Source of the DNA: Phoronis australis
Taxonomy: Eukaryota; Animalia; Phoronida
Direction of reading: 5' to 3'
Assembly (NCBI GenBank): GCA_002633005.1
Contig: NMRA01000185.1
Span: 659,297-723,296 of the forward strand
DNA length: 64,000 bases
Below are positions 25,771 to 37,750 of this stretch, in pieces. The position numbers and the translations under genes were made by a program. The first letter of the stretch is position 1. Every line of letters starts with the position of its first letter. Under the pieces are notes generated by a model that was given only the letters and a program-made list of their open reading frames with translations, was not told the DNA's origin and did not search any database.

Positions 25771-26652
25771 TTAAGTTCTTTTCAGTAGATATTCTATAAC
25801 AGCATCATAAACAATCAACATAATAGCGCCACCTGGTCCTAGACGCATCACTTTAGGAACTAAGCCTTTGTATAAAGCTGCAAACCCTTCTTCTTTATAG
25901 ATTAATTTCATAGTTGCAAAGCATGTCTTGTATTTAATATGTACAGGATCTGGCTGGGGCCCTTGAATTCTGCTTTTGGCCACATCAAATGGGATGTTGA
26001 CACATGATGCTAAAGTCCCTCCGGTCAGCCCGATCAGGAACCTCTGAAATAAGTCCGCATGCTTATTGGATTGCTTTGGAAAGTAGCCTTTAACGTTGTG
26101 GTAAAAGCTAAAATAGACCATGTTGAATACACCATTGCGACCTAGGGTTGATGTGAGACCCTTGTTTAAACCCTTACCACCAAAACCATTAGCTTTCACA
26201 ATTTCTCTTGCTGTTGTGAAAGCACTGTTCTGTTGCGATATGGAAATCTCTTTTTCGGCTTGAAGCTTAACTTTAACAACTTCAAATGGATTGATAACTA
26301 TGGCCTCAGTAAGTCCTGCGCACAACCCAGCCAAGGTAAAGGTCATGACCCCAGGTGTAGTGCTACCAAACATGAACAGTTTCTTGTACTGTTCAAACGT
26401 AAAGAATTTAACAGCTCTCTTTGGTGTTTCGGCAAGAATTGGTGGTAGTATTCCTTTATAGAAGGACAATAGACCCTCAGCCTTGTACATCTTCCTGGCG
26501 CAGTCTGCAACGGATGTGTATCCCGCACGACCTTGCTGGACTTGGAAACGAGTCTTGATCAAATCTAAAGGGTGCATGAGGGAAACTTCAACGAAACCTG
26601 CAGCACCTCCAGCACTAAACTGCATGGCACCTAACTTTGCAGTGCTGCTCAT
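25771..26652 (-). CDS. SLC25A21: Mitochondrial 2-oxodicarboxylate carrier (ODC), intronless CDS, 293 aa
   Basis: Three carrier signatures PLDLIKTR, PFEVVKVK and PFDVAKSR. ODC-typical PPILAETPKRAVKF and PKVMRLGPGGAIML. Uninterrupted ORF. AATAAA on the minus strand at 25372-25367. Confidence 0.93.
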   Translation of the reverse strand: MSSTAKLGAMQFSAGGAAGFVEVSLMHPLDLIKTRFQVQQGRAGYTSVADCARKMYKAEGLLSFYKGILPPILAETPKRAVKFFTFEQYKKLFMFGSTTPGVMTFTLAGLCAGLTEAIVINPFEVVKVKLQAEKEISISQQNSAFTTAREIVKANGFGGKGLNKGLTSTLGRNGVFNMVYFSFYHNVKGYFPKQSNKHADLFQRFLIGLTGGTLASCVNIPFDVAKSRIQGPQPDPVHIKYKTCFATMKLIYKEEGFAALYKGLVPKVMRLGPGGAIMLIVYDAVIEYLLKRT

Positions 26653-26920
26653 GATTAATGTAATTCAAGAAAACGTAGGAATTCAGTAAATGCACTATAA
26701 ATAACTTTTGACTGTTTCACGCCCCCTTTTTCTGTTCTATGTGAAGACCTCGCGTACAGTTTGGCAAACGGTCTTAAGCTCTCCACTTGCTTGTCTGTAT
26801 TGTCCCACTCGGAATGAGTTTACACACAATAGAGTTGTCGAAATCCAGCTAAGATTCGTAGCACAATCTACAACATCCAACAATTTGGAGAATGTGTACC
26901 GTACTGGAGTCGAGCACCTT

Positions 26921-26947
26921 CATGTGATTGGCTCAAATCGTGTGAGA
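26921..26947 (-). promoter_or_regulatory. Putative promoter CCAAT box for the carrier gene
   Basis: Minus-strand AGCCAATCA (NF-Y consensus) about 275 bp upstream of the ATG. Confidence 0.3.
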
Positions 26948-27379
26948 AAAGATAATATCAAGGTTACTTCAAATAATCATTATAACATTAAGCAATTTTA
27001 CCTCTTTCTTATACAATAGTGGAGTTTCTTTTAAATTTTATGATGTTGAATTATAGCTTGTATATTAATTGTGTATATTTATGCCATTCAAATGGAGAAA
27101 ACGGATCAGAGTGCATTGACTTTTCAAGGAAATTTCCGTGCTCTTTTGCTTCTGGAATTACGATTACAAGGTGCTCTATTTTGCTCACCGGCAGAATTTC
27201 GAAAGGTGCTCCAGCTTATGGATTCCAGTAGCCGAAGAGGATATTAGTAACTGGCTAGGTACTGTCACTGCTGTGAATAGGTGCTCTTGCATATATTCCT
27301 TCAGTCTCGAAAGGTGCTTGTGTTTATGGTGGTGTACACTCCAATGCTCATCACACAAAGCACAGCCAAGTAGTCTATT

Positions 27380-28322
27380 GACTCGAGTACACACCGGTGG
27401 CGGTGACCTTCTTATTCTTCTTCCGACCAACTTTGAGGCTTAATAACTCCAAATTGGGTGCAGGTACAGTCTTTAAATTCAGCATATGACTTTTGACAGT
27501 ATGTTAATTTTGATTGGTTATATAATCATATTCCATATTGCACCGGAAGAGGTCGTTTGGTGCAAAGGTCATATAATTTTCAAAATGTTACTCCTCCTTC
27601 AGTTTTAAAGCTATCTTTTTCAAATTCGGTGCACAGGTATAAGTCAACATGACAATTTAAAAAATTACTTTTCTAAGTAATCGGTTAATCCAATCAGGTG
27701 AAATAGGTCAAAGGTCATTTGGTGCAAACTAAAATTTTGAGCTAGACACTTCAAATTGACAGGTCTGATTGCCACAGGTAAATCAAATCAGAATCCAAAG
27801 TTTCAGATCATTTAGTGCAAACATGGGGTCATTAGGTGCATTTTTCTTCTGAAAATTGGACCTTTTCAATCGGCAAGTATTCTGATGTGTCAACCGTTAG
27901 ACAACTGTGATTCTCAGCATTAAACACATTTTCCATGGGCTTTGTAATAATTCTCCCAAAGATGCTTAAAATGCACCGGATGAGGTCAATTAGTGCAAAG
28001 ATCATGTAACGTTCAAAATGTTATATGTCTTGCGTTTTTTAAGGAATTCTTTTCAATTTCAGCACACTGGTATAAGTCAACATGCCAATTGAATACCCTA
28101 CTTTACTTTGCAATAGGCCTAACCAATCATAAAAAATAGGTCAAAGGTCATTGAGTGCAAACTAAAATTTTGAGGTAGAGACTTCAGAATTACGTATCTG
28201 TTTACTAAGTGCGATTGAGTTTGAATTCTAAATTTTCAGGTCATTTGGTGCACCCATGGGGTCATTAGGTGCATTTTTCTTCTGAAAGTTTGACCACTTC
28301 ATTCATCTTATATTCTGAAGTG
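27380..28322. repeat. Helentron-like or satellite-bearing element with a ~433-bp tandem duplication
   Basis: tgcaccgga..gaggtc..tgcaaag.tcat at 27539 and 27972. Recurrent ggtcatt(t/a)ggtgca motif. ttcttattcttcttccg micro-repeat near the left end. Confidence 0.55.
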
Positions 28323-28323
28323 C

Positions 28324-28831
28324 TTAAAGTAAAACATCTGTGGATCGTTAAGTTTTACAGGCTATCAATTCGAACACGAATACAGTGATGAAGAAATACT
28401 AGAGAGGCGCCATGAACAAGCTCAGACAACGGAACGTACGGAGTTATTTGGTAAGCCGGCATTCGTCAGGCACGGTCGACGTCTGCAGGCCACAGACATG
28501 GAGATGTTTCACGGCCTCATACTTCCTATTTACAGCGTACATTTCATTCTTCACTACCATGAGCCACTTCCTAAGCATTGCGGACTCTCGAGGAAGTAAA
28601 GAAACGTTATACCCGCTTTTCTCGCAGCTGCTTAGTTCGGACAAGCACCGCAGCATAGCGGCATTCACTCTGCATATGAACCACTGACGTCGCTAGCGTT
28701 GTTTCTCACCTTCCTCACAGGTTAACGCGACACCTGTTGGCAAGGTAAGGTCGACCGTACGCACGGCGATGTGGATATAGACCGATTAAGACGGCAAGAA
28801 AGACTAATTAATTGGGTGGCATTCTCCTTTA
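28324..28831. mobile_element. TTAA-bounded Kolobok-like non-autonomous element, copy 1
   Basis: Ends ...gggtggcattctcct|TTAA. Positions 28439-28831 are a ~390-bp inverted homologue of 35942-36324. Possible other end TTAA|AGT at 28324. Confidence 0.6.
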
Positions 28832-28836
28832 ACGTT

Positions 28837-29775
28837 CTAGCATAAGGTGCTCCCATTTTTACATTGTCCTAGCATAAGGTGCTCCCATTTAAACATTCCC
28901 CTAGCATAAGGTGCTCCCATTTAATATTCTAACATAAGGTGCTCCCATTTTTACATTGTCCTAGCATAGGGTGCTCCCATTTTAACATTATCCTAGCATA
29001 AGGTCCTCCCATTTTAACATTCCCTAGGATAAGGTGCTCCCAGTTTAGCATTCTCGTTGCAGAAGGTGCTCCCATTTTAACATTCTCCTAGCATAAGTTG
29101 CTCCCATTTTAACATTCTCATAGCATAAGGTGCTCCCATTTAACATTCTCCTAGCATAAGGTGCTCATATTTTAACATTCTCATAGCAAAAGGTGCCCCC
29201 ATTTTAACATTTTCCTAGCATATTGTGCTCCCATTTTAACATTCTCTTGGCATAAGGTGCTCACATTTTTACATTCTCGTAGCATGAGGTGCTCCCATTT
29301 TAACATTTGCATAGCTTGAGGTGTTCCCATTTTGATATTCTCATGGCATGAGGTGCTCCCATTTTGACATTTTCATGGGATGAGGTGCTCCCATTTTGAC
29401 ATTCTCATGGCATGAGGTGCTCCCATTTGGACATTCTCATGGCATGTTAACATTCCCGTAGCATAAGGTGCTCCCACTTTTACATTCTCAGATAATATAA
29501 GGTGCTCACATTTTGACATTCTCGTGGCATAAGGTGCTCCCATTTTGACGTTGTTGTAGCATAAGGTGCTCCCATTTTGACATTCGCGTGGCATGAGGTG
29601 CTTCCATTTTGACATTGTTGTAGCATAAGGTGCTCCCATTTTGACATTCTCGGGACATAAGGTGCTCTCATTTTTACATTCTTGTAGCTTAAGGTGCATA
29701 CATTTTAACATTCTCGTAGCGTGAGGTACACCCATTTTTACAGTCTCATGGCATAAGTTGCTCCCATTTTGACTT
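28837..29775. repeat. 31-32-bp minisatellite, about 30 units
   Basis: Head-to-tail units of approximately TAGCATAAGGTGCTCCCATTTTAACATTCTCC with no unique spacers. Confidence 0.95.
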
Positions 29776-30173
29776 TTTAATTTGATAAGCTGCTTTCAGT
29801 TTGGCATTGTCATAACATAAAGAGCTTTCAATTTGTCAATTACTTTATTCAGTCTTCTAAATTTCAGATGTTTGATGTCTTCCGACATATGTAAAGCTTT
29901 TGGTGGATGGGGAATTTCCCATGGACTTCTCGAAGTGTCCAGTGAAAAAAGAAGTAATGGAATCCATAAAAGGCACCAAAAAATAGTGTGTCTGAGACAG
30001 GTATAACGTCTCCTTTCATTTATGTGTGACAAAGACCAAGGAGAAATGCCATATTTATGTTTTAGAATCTGTCAACTTACAACTGTATTGACAGTGCATT
30101 GGTAAATTTAAAAGTACTTAGTATGCTGCCTAAAAAGCAAAGGTGTGATACTTAACTATTAACCACCACCATC

Positions 30174-33017
30174 GCAAAAGGTACCCGCTCATCCAAAACC
30201 TTTACGGCAAACAGATGGCGCTGGATGCAATGATGCTTTACTAACAGGCAGCGCTGCTTACACTCATGTGACATTCTTGTGTGAACTGAATCTTGTGTTG
30301 ATAGAACATAAAATACAGACGTTTCTACTTGGTGAACCATCAGCTGCCGTGTCGTGCCACGGCCAGTCCGGTCTGCTGGGCTCAGTGTTGTTGGCGAACG
30401 AGACACTGAACGAAAAAGAAAATATCGCAGAGAATAAAACCTAACATGTATATCACCATGTATAATTCAAGCATAATTTAAAAAATATAGTGGTTATATT
30501 TCAACCTAATTAAAATTATAGTTGTGAAGTTGCCAAAATCTCGCCGGGCGGAAAAGTGGCCGGGCCCGGATTAGTAGCCTCACCATGGTCACGTTCATTG
30601 AATATATATTTTACCCCAGCGTTTAGGCCGAGCAACCACAACAGCGTATATTATTAACACTTTCATCTTTTTTTTTTTTTTTAAATTTTTTTTATTCTCC
30701 CAGTTCAACATAAGTAAGGACAAAGGTCTGGGATTCCCTTGCCTTACTTTACAATTCAATGAAAATAAAGTTTACTAAGTTAAAAATATACGTGAACCGG
30801 ATTTTGAAATAGATTTAACAACAGAAAACAAAAACATACAAGACAATATAGTAGTATATGGCTCTGAAAAAAAGGAGGGGGGAGAGTATTTTGGAATGAT
30901 AAAATATCCTTACATTGCTATCAAATTATGCATTTGTGACCACCTGTTTGTAAATTTTTCCATTTGTAAATTTTTTGAATAAATATGTTTTTCACTGGAG
31001 TAATAACTGTTAATTTCTTTTGTTAATACAATTAAATTTGGAGGTTTACCCTTGAGACGTTGCTTATATAAATGGAACTTGCTGAGACACAAGATTAAAT
31101 TTTGAATTGGCTGGCTTCTACATCTGTTTCCAAAGAAAACTGTAAGCACATTTGTACCAAGGGAAATATTAGTTTTGTTTCTAACCCAACCTTCAACATT
31201 GTTCCAAAAATTTTGAACAACATCACATTGCCAGTATAAGTGAAGCAAAGTCTCAGGTTCAGTCTTACAAAACGTACACAAGGGGGAGTTGGTTACCCCA
31301 ATTTTGACAAGGTAAGAGTTACAGCTAATTATCCTATGTGACAGTCTAAATTGAAACCAACGAAGTTTCACGTCAAGTGTAAAATTCAGAAAGTAGGCAA
31401 ATTTCCACCATTCTGTAGTGTCAGGTATTGCAAGTTCTGCCTGCCACTTCATCTCAGACCTAGGCCGGGCATATTTGTTTAGCACCAAAGTGTTATATAT
31501 ATGTTTTGTTCCCTTCTTGTCTGCAAGTAACAATTTCACAAAAATTGGGATAGAGGGTGCGTAGAAGGAAAACTTGTCTCTTTTTGAGATTTTCCATTTT
31601 TGACAAACAGCCTCATTGAGCCCATAAAAATTCAAAAATATTGGTCTAAAATTGAACTTTTTGCAAAAACCTTCAAAAGATAACAAATATCCATGCTCGT
31701 CTAGTAGGTCTGAGATATAATAAACACCCTTTTCAAACCATCTTCTCCAAAATACAGTTTTTCCACCAATCAATACATTAGTATTATACCAAATTGGCTG
31801 ATATGGTATTTCCTCCTGATCTATTATATTAGAAAAATCATACAGAAAGTTAAATAGTTCCTTCCAAAAAGGGTTCTCAGTTCGAGATGCTGCATATTTG
31901 TAGAAATAGTTCCCAAATTTTAGACACTCCAATGATATCAAATCAGTGTTTAAGATGAGATTTAACCATGCAGTAGAATTTGTGGCTTTTAAGATCCTAC
32001 GCATCCATGTTATCTTAATTGCCTTTACAAAAGAGTAAACATCTATCATTTTACAACCACCCATTTCATAATGTTGAATCATGGTTTTGCGCCTAATTTT
32101 GTCACACTTTCCTCCCCAAATATAGTGAAAAAACAGTTTTTCTAGTTCTTTACAAAACAGATTATTAGGGATTGGCAAAGAAGATAAAACATGAATCAGT
32201 TTTGGTAGAAGAAATGATTTGACCACTGTAACTTTACCAAGAGTACTTAAGTTTCTTTTTGACCATCTCATAATTTCTTTTTTAATATCAACCAACTTGC
32301 GATCAAAATTTAAAATACTCATTTCCTGGATGTCAGTAGAAAAAACAATCCCGAGCATACTAAACTGTGAGGTAGACCATTTTAAGTCCTTTTCAGAACA
32401 TACCCTTGAATTACTTTGCCTCATAGAACCTATCCAAACACAAGTTGTTTTTTCTAAATTAGGAGTTAGACCAGAATACTTTGAGAACTGGTCAAGCAGA
32501 TCAAGAGAGTTTTTTAATGATCTTTCGGAACCATCAAGTATGATAGCAGTGTCATCTGCATATTGAACTAGTTTAAATTCATGAGCTCCAATTTGTATAC
32601 CTTTTATATTTTTGTTTTTCCTAAAGAGAATTCCCATAATCTCAGCACATAGTAGAAAAAGATAGGGAGATAAAAGGTCTCCTTGTTTACAGCCTCTGCC
32701 CATGATGGGCAGAGGCTGTAAACACTTTCATCTTAATTACATGTTATAAATAGTTGTTACAAATGGGGTTTTAAACATGGAATGTCGGACACAAAGATTT
32801 CTTTTCCACACAAATTCGCCACTCATCAGGACATACACTGTCTGGTTCATGAACTCTCGTGACCTGTGGCTACAGTCAGCAGCAGCAGAATGTAGGTCAA
32901 GGTTCTTGGTTAAGAATCTCTGGCAGACAGTCTTACTTGAGCGATAAAATGACACGTGATTGATGAAAAGCGCCATCTGTTAGCCGTAAAGGTTTTGGAT
33001 GAGCGGGTACCTTTTGC
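30174..33017. mobile_element. MULE-like MITE (48-bp TIRs, 9-bp TSD) interrupted by an L1
   Basis: TIRs gcaaaaggtacccgctcatccaaaacctttacggc.aacagatggcgc at 30174-30221 and inverted at 32970-33017. TSD ACCACCATC at 30165-30173 and 33018-33026. Confidence 0.85.
30670..32720 (-). mobile_element. 5'-truncated L1/Tx1-clade LINE; ORF2 RT and C-terminal part (ORF 30910-32703)
   Basis: GCKQGDLLSPYLF, QYADD and CCHC (CTFC..ETLLHLYWQC) motifs. 597 codons without a stop. Poly(A) tail seen as a plus-strand T run at ~30668-30695. TSD AACACTTTCATCTT at 30656-30669 and 32721-32734. Confidence 0.93.
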
Positions 33018-33354
33018 ACCACCATCAGTCTGTAATTTCAGCAGTTTTACCTTATGGAAAAATCACGATCATAGTTTGTTATATAGTTGTAACATTAGCT
33101 ATTACAAATTTCACAAAACTCAAATTGTTCAAAAGTATTTATTGAAAATTAAACATCATACAGGTATTTGAAGGTGAATTCTTCACATCACAGTGAAGTC
33201 AAACTGGTTCTCAAACCTTATCAGTTCTTGGCCACAAAAGACATATCACTAAGTTCCTGATGTCTCCGACTGTAAAATCCGTGACAATCAGACTCAAGGA
33301 CAAAACTGCCAAATGTAGCCTGTCACTTTAGATGACAAACCTAATGATACATTT

Positions 33355-33966
33355 TCGCAAAGATAGGAGCAAGCATTCTGCATTTTGTGCCTGAACCTGC
33401 TATCCCGGTATCTTACGGATATTGCAGGATGAGTATACGCAACTGGGTACATACCCAGTCAGCAGCCCAGTGGGCGTCACTTAACTCCTGCAGAGACCAA
33501 GGAGAATTTTCCCAACGTGATCAAACCAAAAGGTTCAAAAAGCCTTCTGAGTCTAGATAGATTGGGTATAAGACACGTCATTCAAATTTTGATGGGCCAC
33601 TGCAACCAAGCCCGACACAGGCACATTACTGGGCATATGGGGAGCCCTGTGTGTCCCGAGTGTGGTACTGACGTAGAATCTCCTAAACACCTGGTAGAGT
33701 CTTGCCCAGCTTTTTACAGGCTAAGGAGCAACCTACTGGATGGCACTGTTACATGCCTACGACATATAGTGCATGGCAACAAATGGAAACGTCTGTCTGT
33801 TTTCCTAAAGGAGACTGACAGACTTGAAAACTTTCTTCACGAGGAGCCATAATTGGGGTCTCGTGCCTTTGCTCAGGTGTTTTGTGCAATGGGCCCAACT
33901 ATGAGGCCTGCGCACGTTTGATGCACCGCAAATGACATCAGACCACCTGCACTGCTTTTTTTTTTT
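33355..33966 (+). mobile_element. 5'-truncated LOA/I/R1-type LINE 3' end
   Basis: ORF 33517-33852 contains GHC..ARH...CPECGTDVESPKHLVESCPAF (CCHC domain following RT/RNase H). 3' GCAATGGGCC..GGCC motif. 13-bp TSD TAATGATACATTT at 33342-33354 and 33967-33979. Confidence 0.75.
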
Positions 33967-35941
33967 TAATGATACATTTGTGTTGTGTGTGACTGTCAGG
34001 ATGCAATGTACCGGTATTGGATGATATGTTCATTTCCTTTATCAGGTGTCTTTGTGATTTTTATTTTTTGTCCAGCAGTTTCCAGTTTTGTTTTGTGTTT
34101 TGTCAAACTGTTGTACGGTAATCTAAGAAGTCAGACATGTAAATGGTAAAAATGCAAAGTTACAAAATGGCAAAACCCTTTCGATCATTTTAATGTTAGC
34201 TAATACCTTATGTACAACTCTGCAATTAGCCCAATATCTAAATGATTTTCAAAGTTAGCTAAATTTGAACATTTTAGGGTCCTATGTATTCTAAGGTTTC
34301 CCCATACATCACTTATTGTGAAGATATAACTACATACGGGTTTTGTAGTATGGTATTTATCTTGTTAAGTACATTTTTGTGAGCATATGGACCCGTCTTA
34401 CCCCTTTCCCCCTTTTTCTTCATTTCGGACCCTTCCTTTAATTCCTTTGTCCATAACTACACGTCGCTTTCCCAACCTTCATATTGGACTATTGTTATCA
34501 CTTTGGTCAGCTCTTGGCTATCATAGGCTGATGATGGTCACGTGCTTTTAGGTTTTCTCTTTGTTATCCATTCTTGTGTTTCAGTTCATCTTCTTAGTGA
34601 CAACCACGTTGACGTACGTCCTAAAACTTCTGTTACCTTCATGTGGCTGGCGCTTTTTTATTGCCCATCTTACCAGATATCATTGTTTTTTATTTTGCTT
34701 ATTTTGTATTCACTATCCATTACTTGTAATTGTTTATGTCATAGTATACGACCTTATATGGCCTACCTTGGTTTCCTTTTCATCTCTGGTAATGAGCTTG
34801 CGCTGCACATATCATTTATATACTATTTGGGATTGATGTTGATCATGAATATTTTATTTCATAATTCTTGAATATTGTTTCTCCAATGTACTTTTTTAAT
34901 AATCTTTTTACCTTACTTTTCAGGTCTCAAGGGGACTCGCCCATGGATGCTGTTGAGGTGGTCTGTTGAATAAGGGATGAGGATATTGTGGGACCATATG
35001 GAGGGGTAAGCATGTTACGGGTCTGTCTCAGGGAAACAGGCGCACAATGGCCAGTCTCGGTGGTGGGAAGGGACGCAACACATGATATTGGAGGGAGGGG
35101 GCTTGGGTGGCACTGGAGATGGCTGGCCTGCTCAGGGTGTGGAAGGCATCTGTTCCATAGGGACAGAGATGATGAGGGGTCAGTGTGACATCTGTAGAGG
35201 ACCATTCTGTAAGGAAAGGGGTGATGAGGGGCCTACTCAAGGTGTCGATGTGACCTATGGGGAGGACAGGGATGTGAGAGGTCTATTCCAGGGAAAATGG
35301 CTGATGAGGGGCCTAGTCAGGGGGTAACTTGTGTCCACGTGGTGCCTCGGGACTACTGGGATGATACTGAGACAGTTTTTGGGGTTACAGGTGTGAGAGC
35401 ACCATCCAGGGATAAGGGATGTTAGGGCCACTTACGTTTCAGGGGAGTTAATGTCATTTGTAGATAAGTGCAAGTATTCAAGTTTTCTGTTTTAGTGACA
35501 TATCTTCATATTAAAAGTGTTCATATAACTATTTTAAGGTGAAGTATTTATATGTAAGCAGTCTAACACATATTGTGTGGGATTTTTCCTTTGTGTTGTG
35601 TGCTTGTTATGTTTTATTTAATAATTCTTACTGCAGCAGTAATCCATTGAATCTTCTCTATGTTAAAAGCTAAAGGAATACCTTCATTTTTCTTTATTAA
35701 TATTTATTTGGGGCACAACAACCCTTCATTGCTCTTGGCACCAACAGTTGGTCTGCTTTGCTAATCCCACATTTCTGACTTGTTTGTATTGAGCTTGAGA
35801 ATCTGCGTTTTTTAATTGTTAGATTTAACTCATTTGTCTTAAATGTATTTTGCTGATATTTTGAACATATGTAAGTTTTTTTCAGCTTAGAAGTTCAAAA
35901 ATTGATTGAAAGGAGGTGAAATACCATTGCCATGTGTTCGC

Positions 35942-36324
35942 TTAAAGGAGAGTGCCACCCGATTTAATTAGTCTTTTTTTTGCCGTCTTAATCGGTCTAT
36001 ATCCACATCGCCTCGCATACGGTCGACCTTACCTTGCCAAGAGGTGTAGCGTTAACCTGTGAGGAAGGTGAGAAACGACGCTAGCGACGTCAGTGGTTCA
36101 CATGCATAGTGAATGCATCGTTCCCGCTTGTCCGAACTAAGCAGCTGCGAGGAAAGCGGGTATGTCGTTTTTTTACTTCCTCGAGAGTCCGAAATGCTTA
36201 GAAAGTGGCTCATGGTAGTGGGAATGAAATGTACGCTGTAATTAGCAAGTATGAGGCCGGGAAACATCTCCGTGTCTGCAGACGTCGACAGTGCCTGACG
36301 AATGTCGGCTTACCAAATAACTCC
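35942..36324. mobile_element. TTAA-bounded Kolobok-like element end, copy 2
   Basis: TTAA|AGGAGAGTGCCACCC..., an inverted homologue of 28439-28831. Confidence 0.6.
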
Positions 36325-37113
36325 ATAGACTCTATTCACGCGGGGGACATTAAAATCCAAAGCGAGGCTCACTGCGATAAACAAAGCGGAAATTGACATT
36401 GCGTGAGTTAAATGGCCGGTCCAACCTGAATATTAAATCTTAAAAAATGTGTCAATAATTAACCACAGAGACGTAGAAAAATACAGTTAAAGAACAAGTC
36501 AATGCACCAAAGAGTTGTCTGACGAAAGGATATAGTTTTTTTTCCGGAAAACTAGGTTCGAAATAAAAAGTAAACATGACCAAATTGCGGCGATCGTAGT
36601 GTTACGGATTAGGTATCATGCTGAATGCAGGGTTACATTTCTTCTAATAAATTCTTGATAAAAATGTTTTCTACACGAACCAGGTCATCTGGTCGTATTG
36701 TTGACGAGTTGAAGATATATTCGAGAGTGGTGGCTCATAGCATTTTGCTATCATGTGCAATTGTCACATCTGGTTTAATTTGATGATCAAGAGTAGGCCC
36801 AGCATATTAGTTTCAAGCATAGCCTAGGTCCTGGTGAGTTAGGCACTACCGGGACTAACATTGATCTGAAATAATACTTGATGTTATTAAATATATATTT
36901 TGATTACGATAAAAAACAGGCTCGCAATTGAAAATAAAAATTATATGACCATCAATTCTGCTTTCTTGGTTTTAATAATTACGTCTATTTCATGTGTTAT
37001 ATTTTTCAAATATCAATCTCGACCAAGTTGAATTTTAAAATCAAAACACCTAATTCTTTCGTCCAAAGCATAACCTCGTTTTAGAGTTCAATTTCAGTTA
37101 ACTGGACAAAACA

Positions 37114-37256
37114 CAGTGGCGGATTTAGAGGGGAACCAAGGGGGCCATGCCCCCCTTAAAATTCAGTTCAGGAGCGCGAATGTCTGACGGGTAAAATCCT
37201 GGATAATACTCTGCCTTGCCCCCCCCTCCCTAACTCAATGTCCTGGATCCCCCCTG
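37114..37256. mobile_element. CAGTGG MITE (5-bp TSD family)
   Basis: cagtggcggatttagagggg ... cctggatcccccctg. Flanks AAACA and GAACA. Homologous to 23944-24090. Confidence 0.6.
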
Positions 37257-37447
37257 GAACAACCATAGTTATCATCTTTCTTCAGAGGCCTCGTTTATAT
37301 CCTAGGGAAAGGTGCCTGTGCGGCCATCTGAAAGGGAAACGTTTCGCCGAGTGACGGGTCAGTGAAAAATCTGCGGACCTCCCGATCACCATCAATAACA
37401 TCCCGCCCTGTTGAAAGCTCTCATAGCTCTGTCTCAAGTAGCATTTT

Positions 37448-37750
37448 CAGTGGCTGATCTAAGATACCATGAGGGGGGGGCCGACATCCTCGGAAGCGCT
37501 GGGCAAAACGGGATTGTATGTACGCAAGGCAGGCGGCCCGGAAGATGCGGGCGTCGAGGATGTATACCTTCTGTTCAGGAAATCTGTCGTTGGACTAAAA
37601 AAAAACGGAACGTGTTTTCCCCCCTCGTCCGCTACCATGGTTCTAGCTGGAACTCCGTATTACCTCCCGCTTCACGTTTTGCTGGTTTATTTTGCTTGCG
37701 GCAGTCAAGAGGGGGGACGGGCCCCTGCCCCCCCCCTAAATCCACCTATG
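37448..37750. mobile_element. Related CAGTGG...CCTATG MITE
   Basis: cagtggctgatct ... cccccctaaatccacctatg. Flanks ATTTT and AGTTT. Confidence 0.5.

Noticed and set aside
26233-26689. Plus-strand ORFs overlapping the carrier gene (likewise those antisense to the L1 and Gypsy ORFs)
   Set aside because: Antisense shadow ORFs of real coding sequence.
28837-29775. CRISPR-like array (~32-bp periodicity)
   Set aside because: Units are contiguous with no unique spacers, there are no cas genes and the context is eukaryotic. The ORFs at 29373-29735 and 29480-29671 are translations of the minisatellite.
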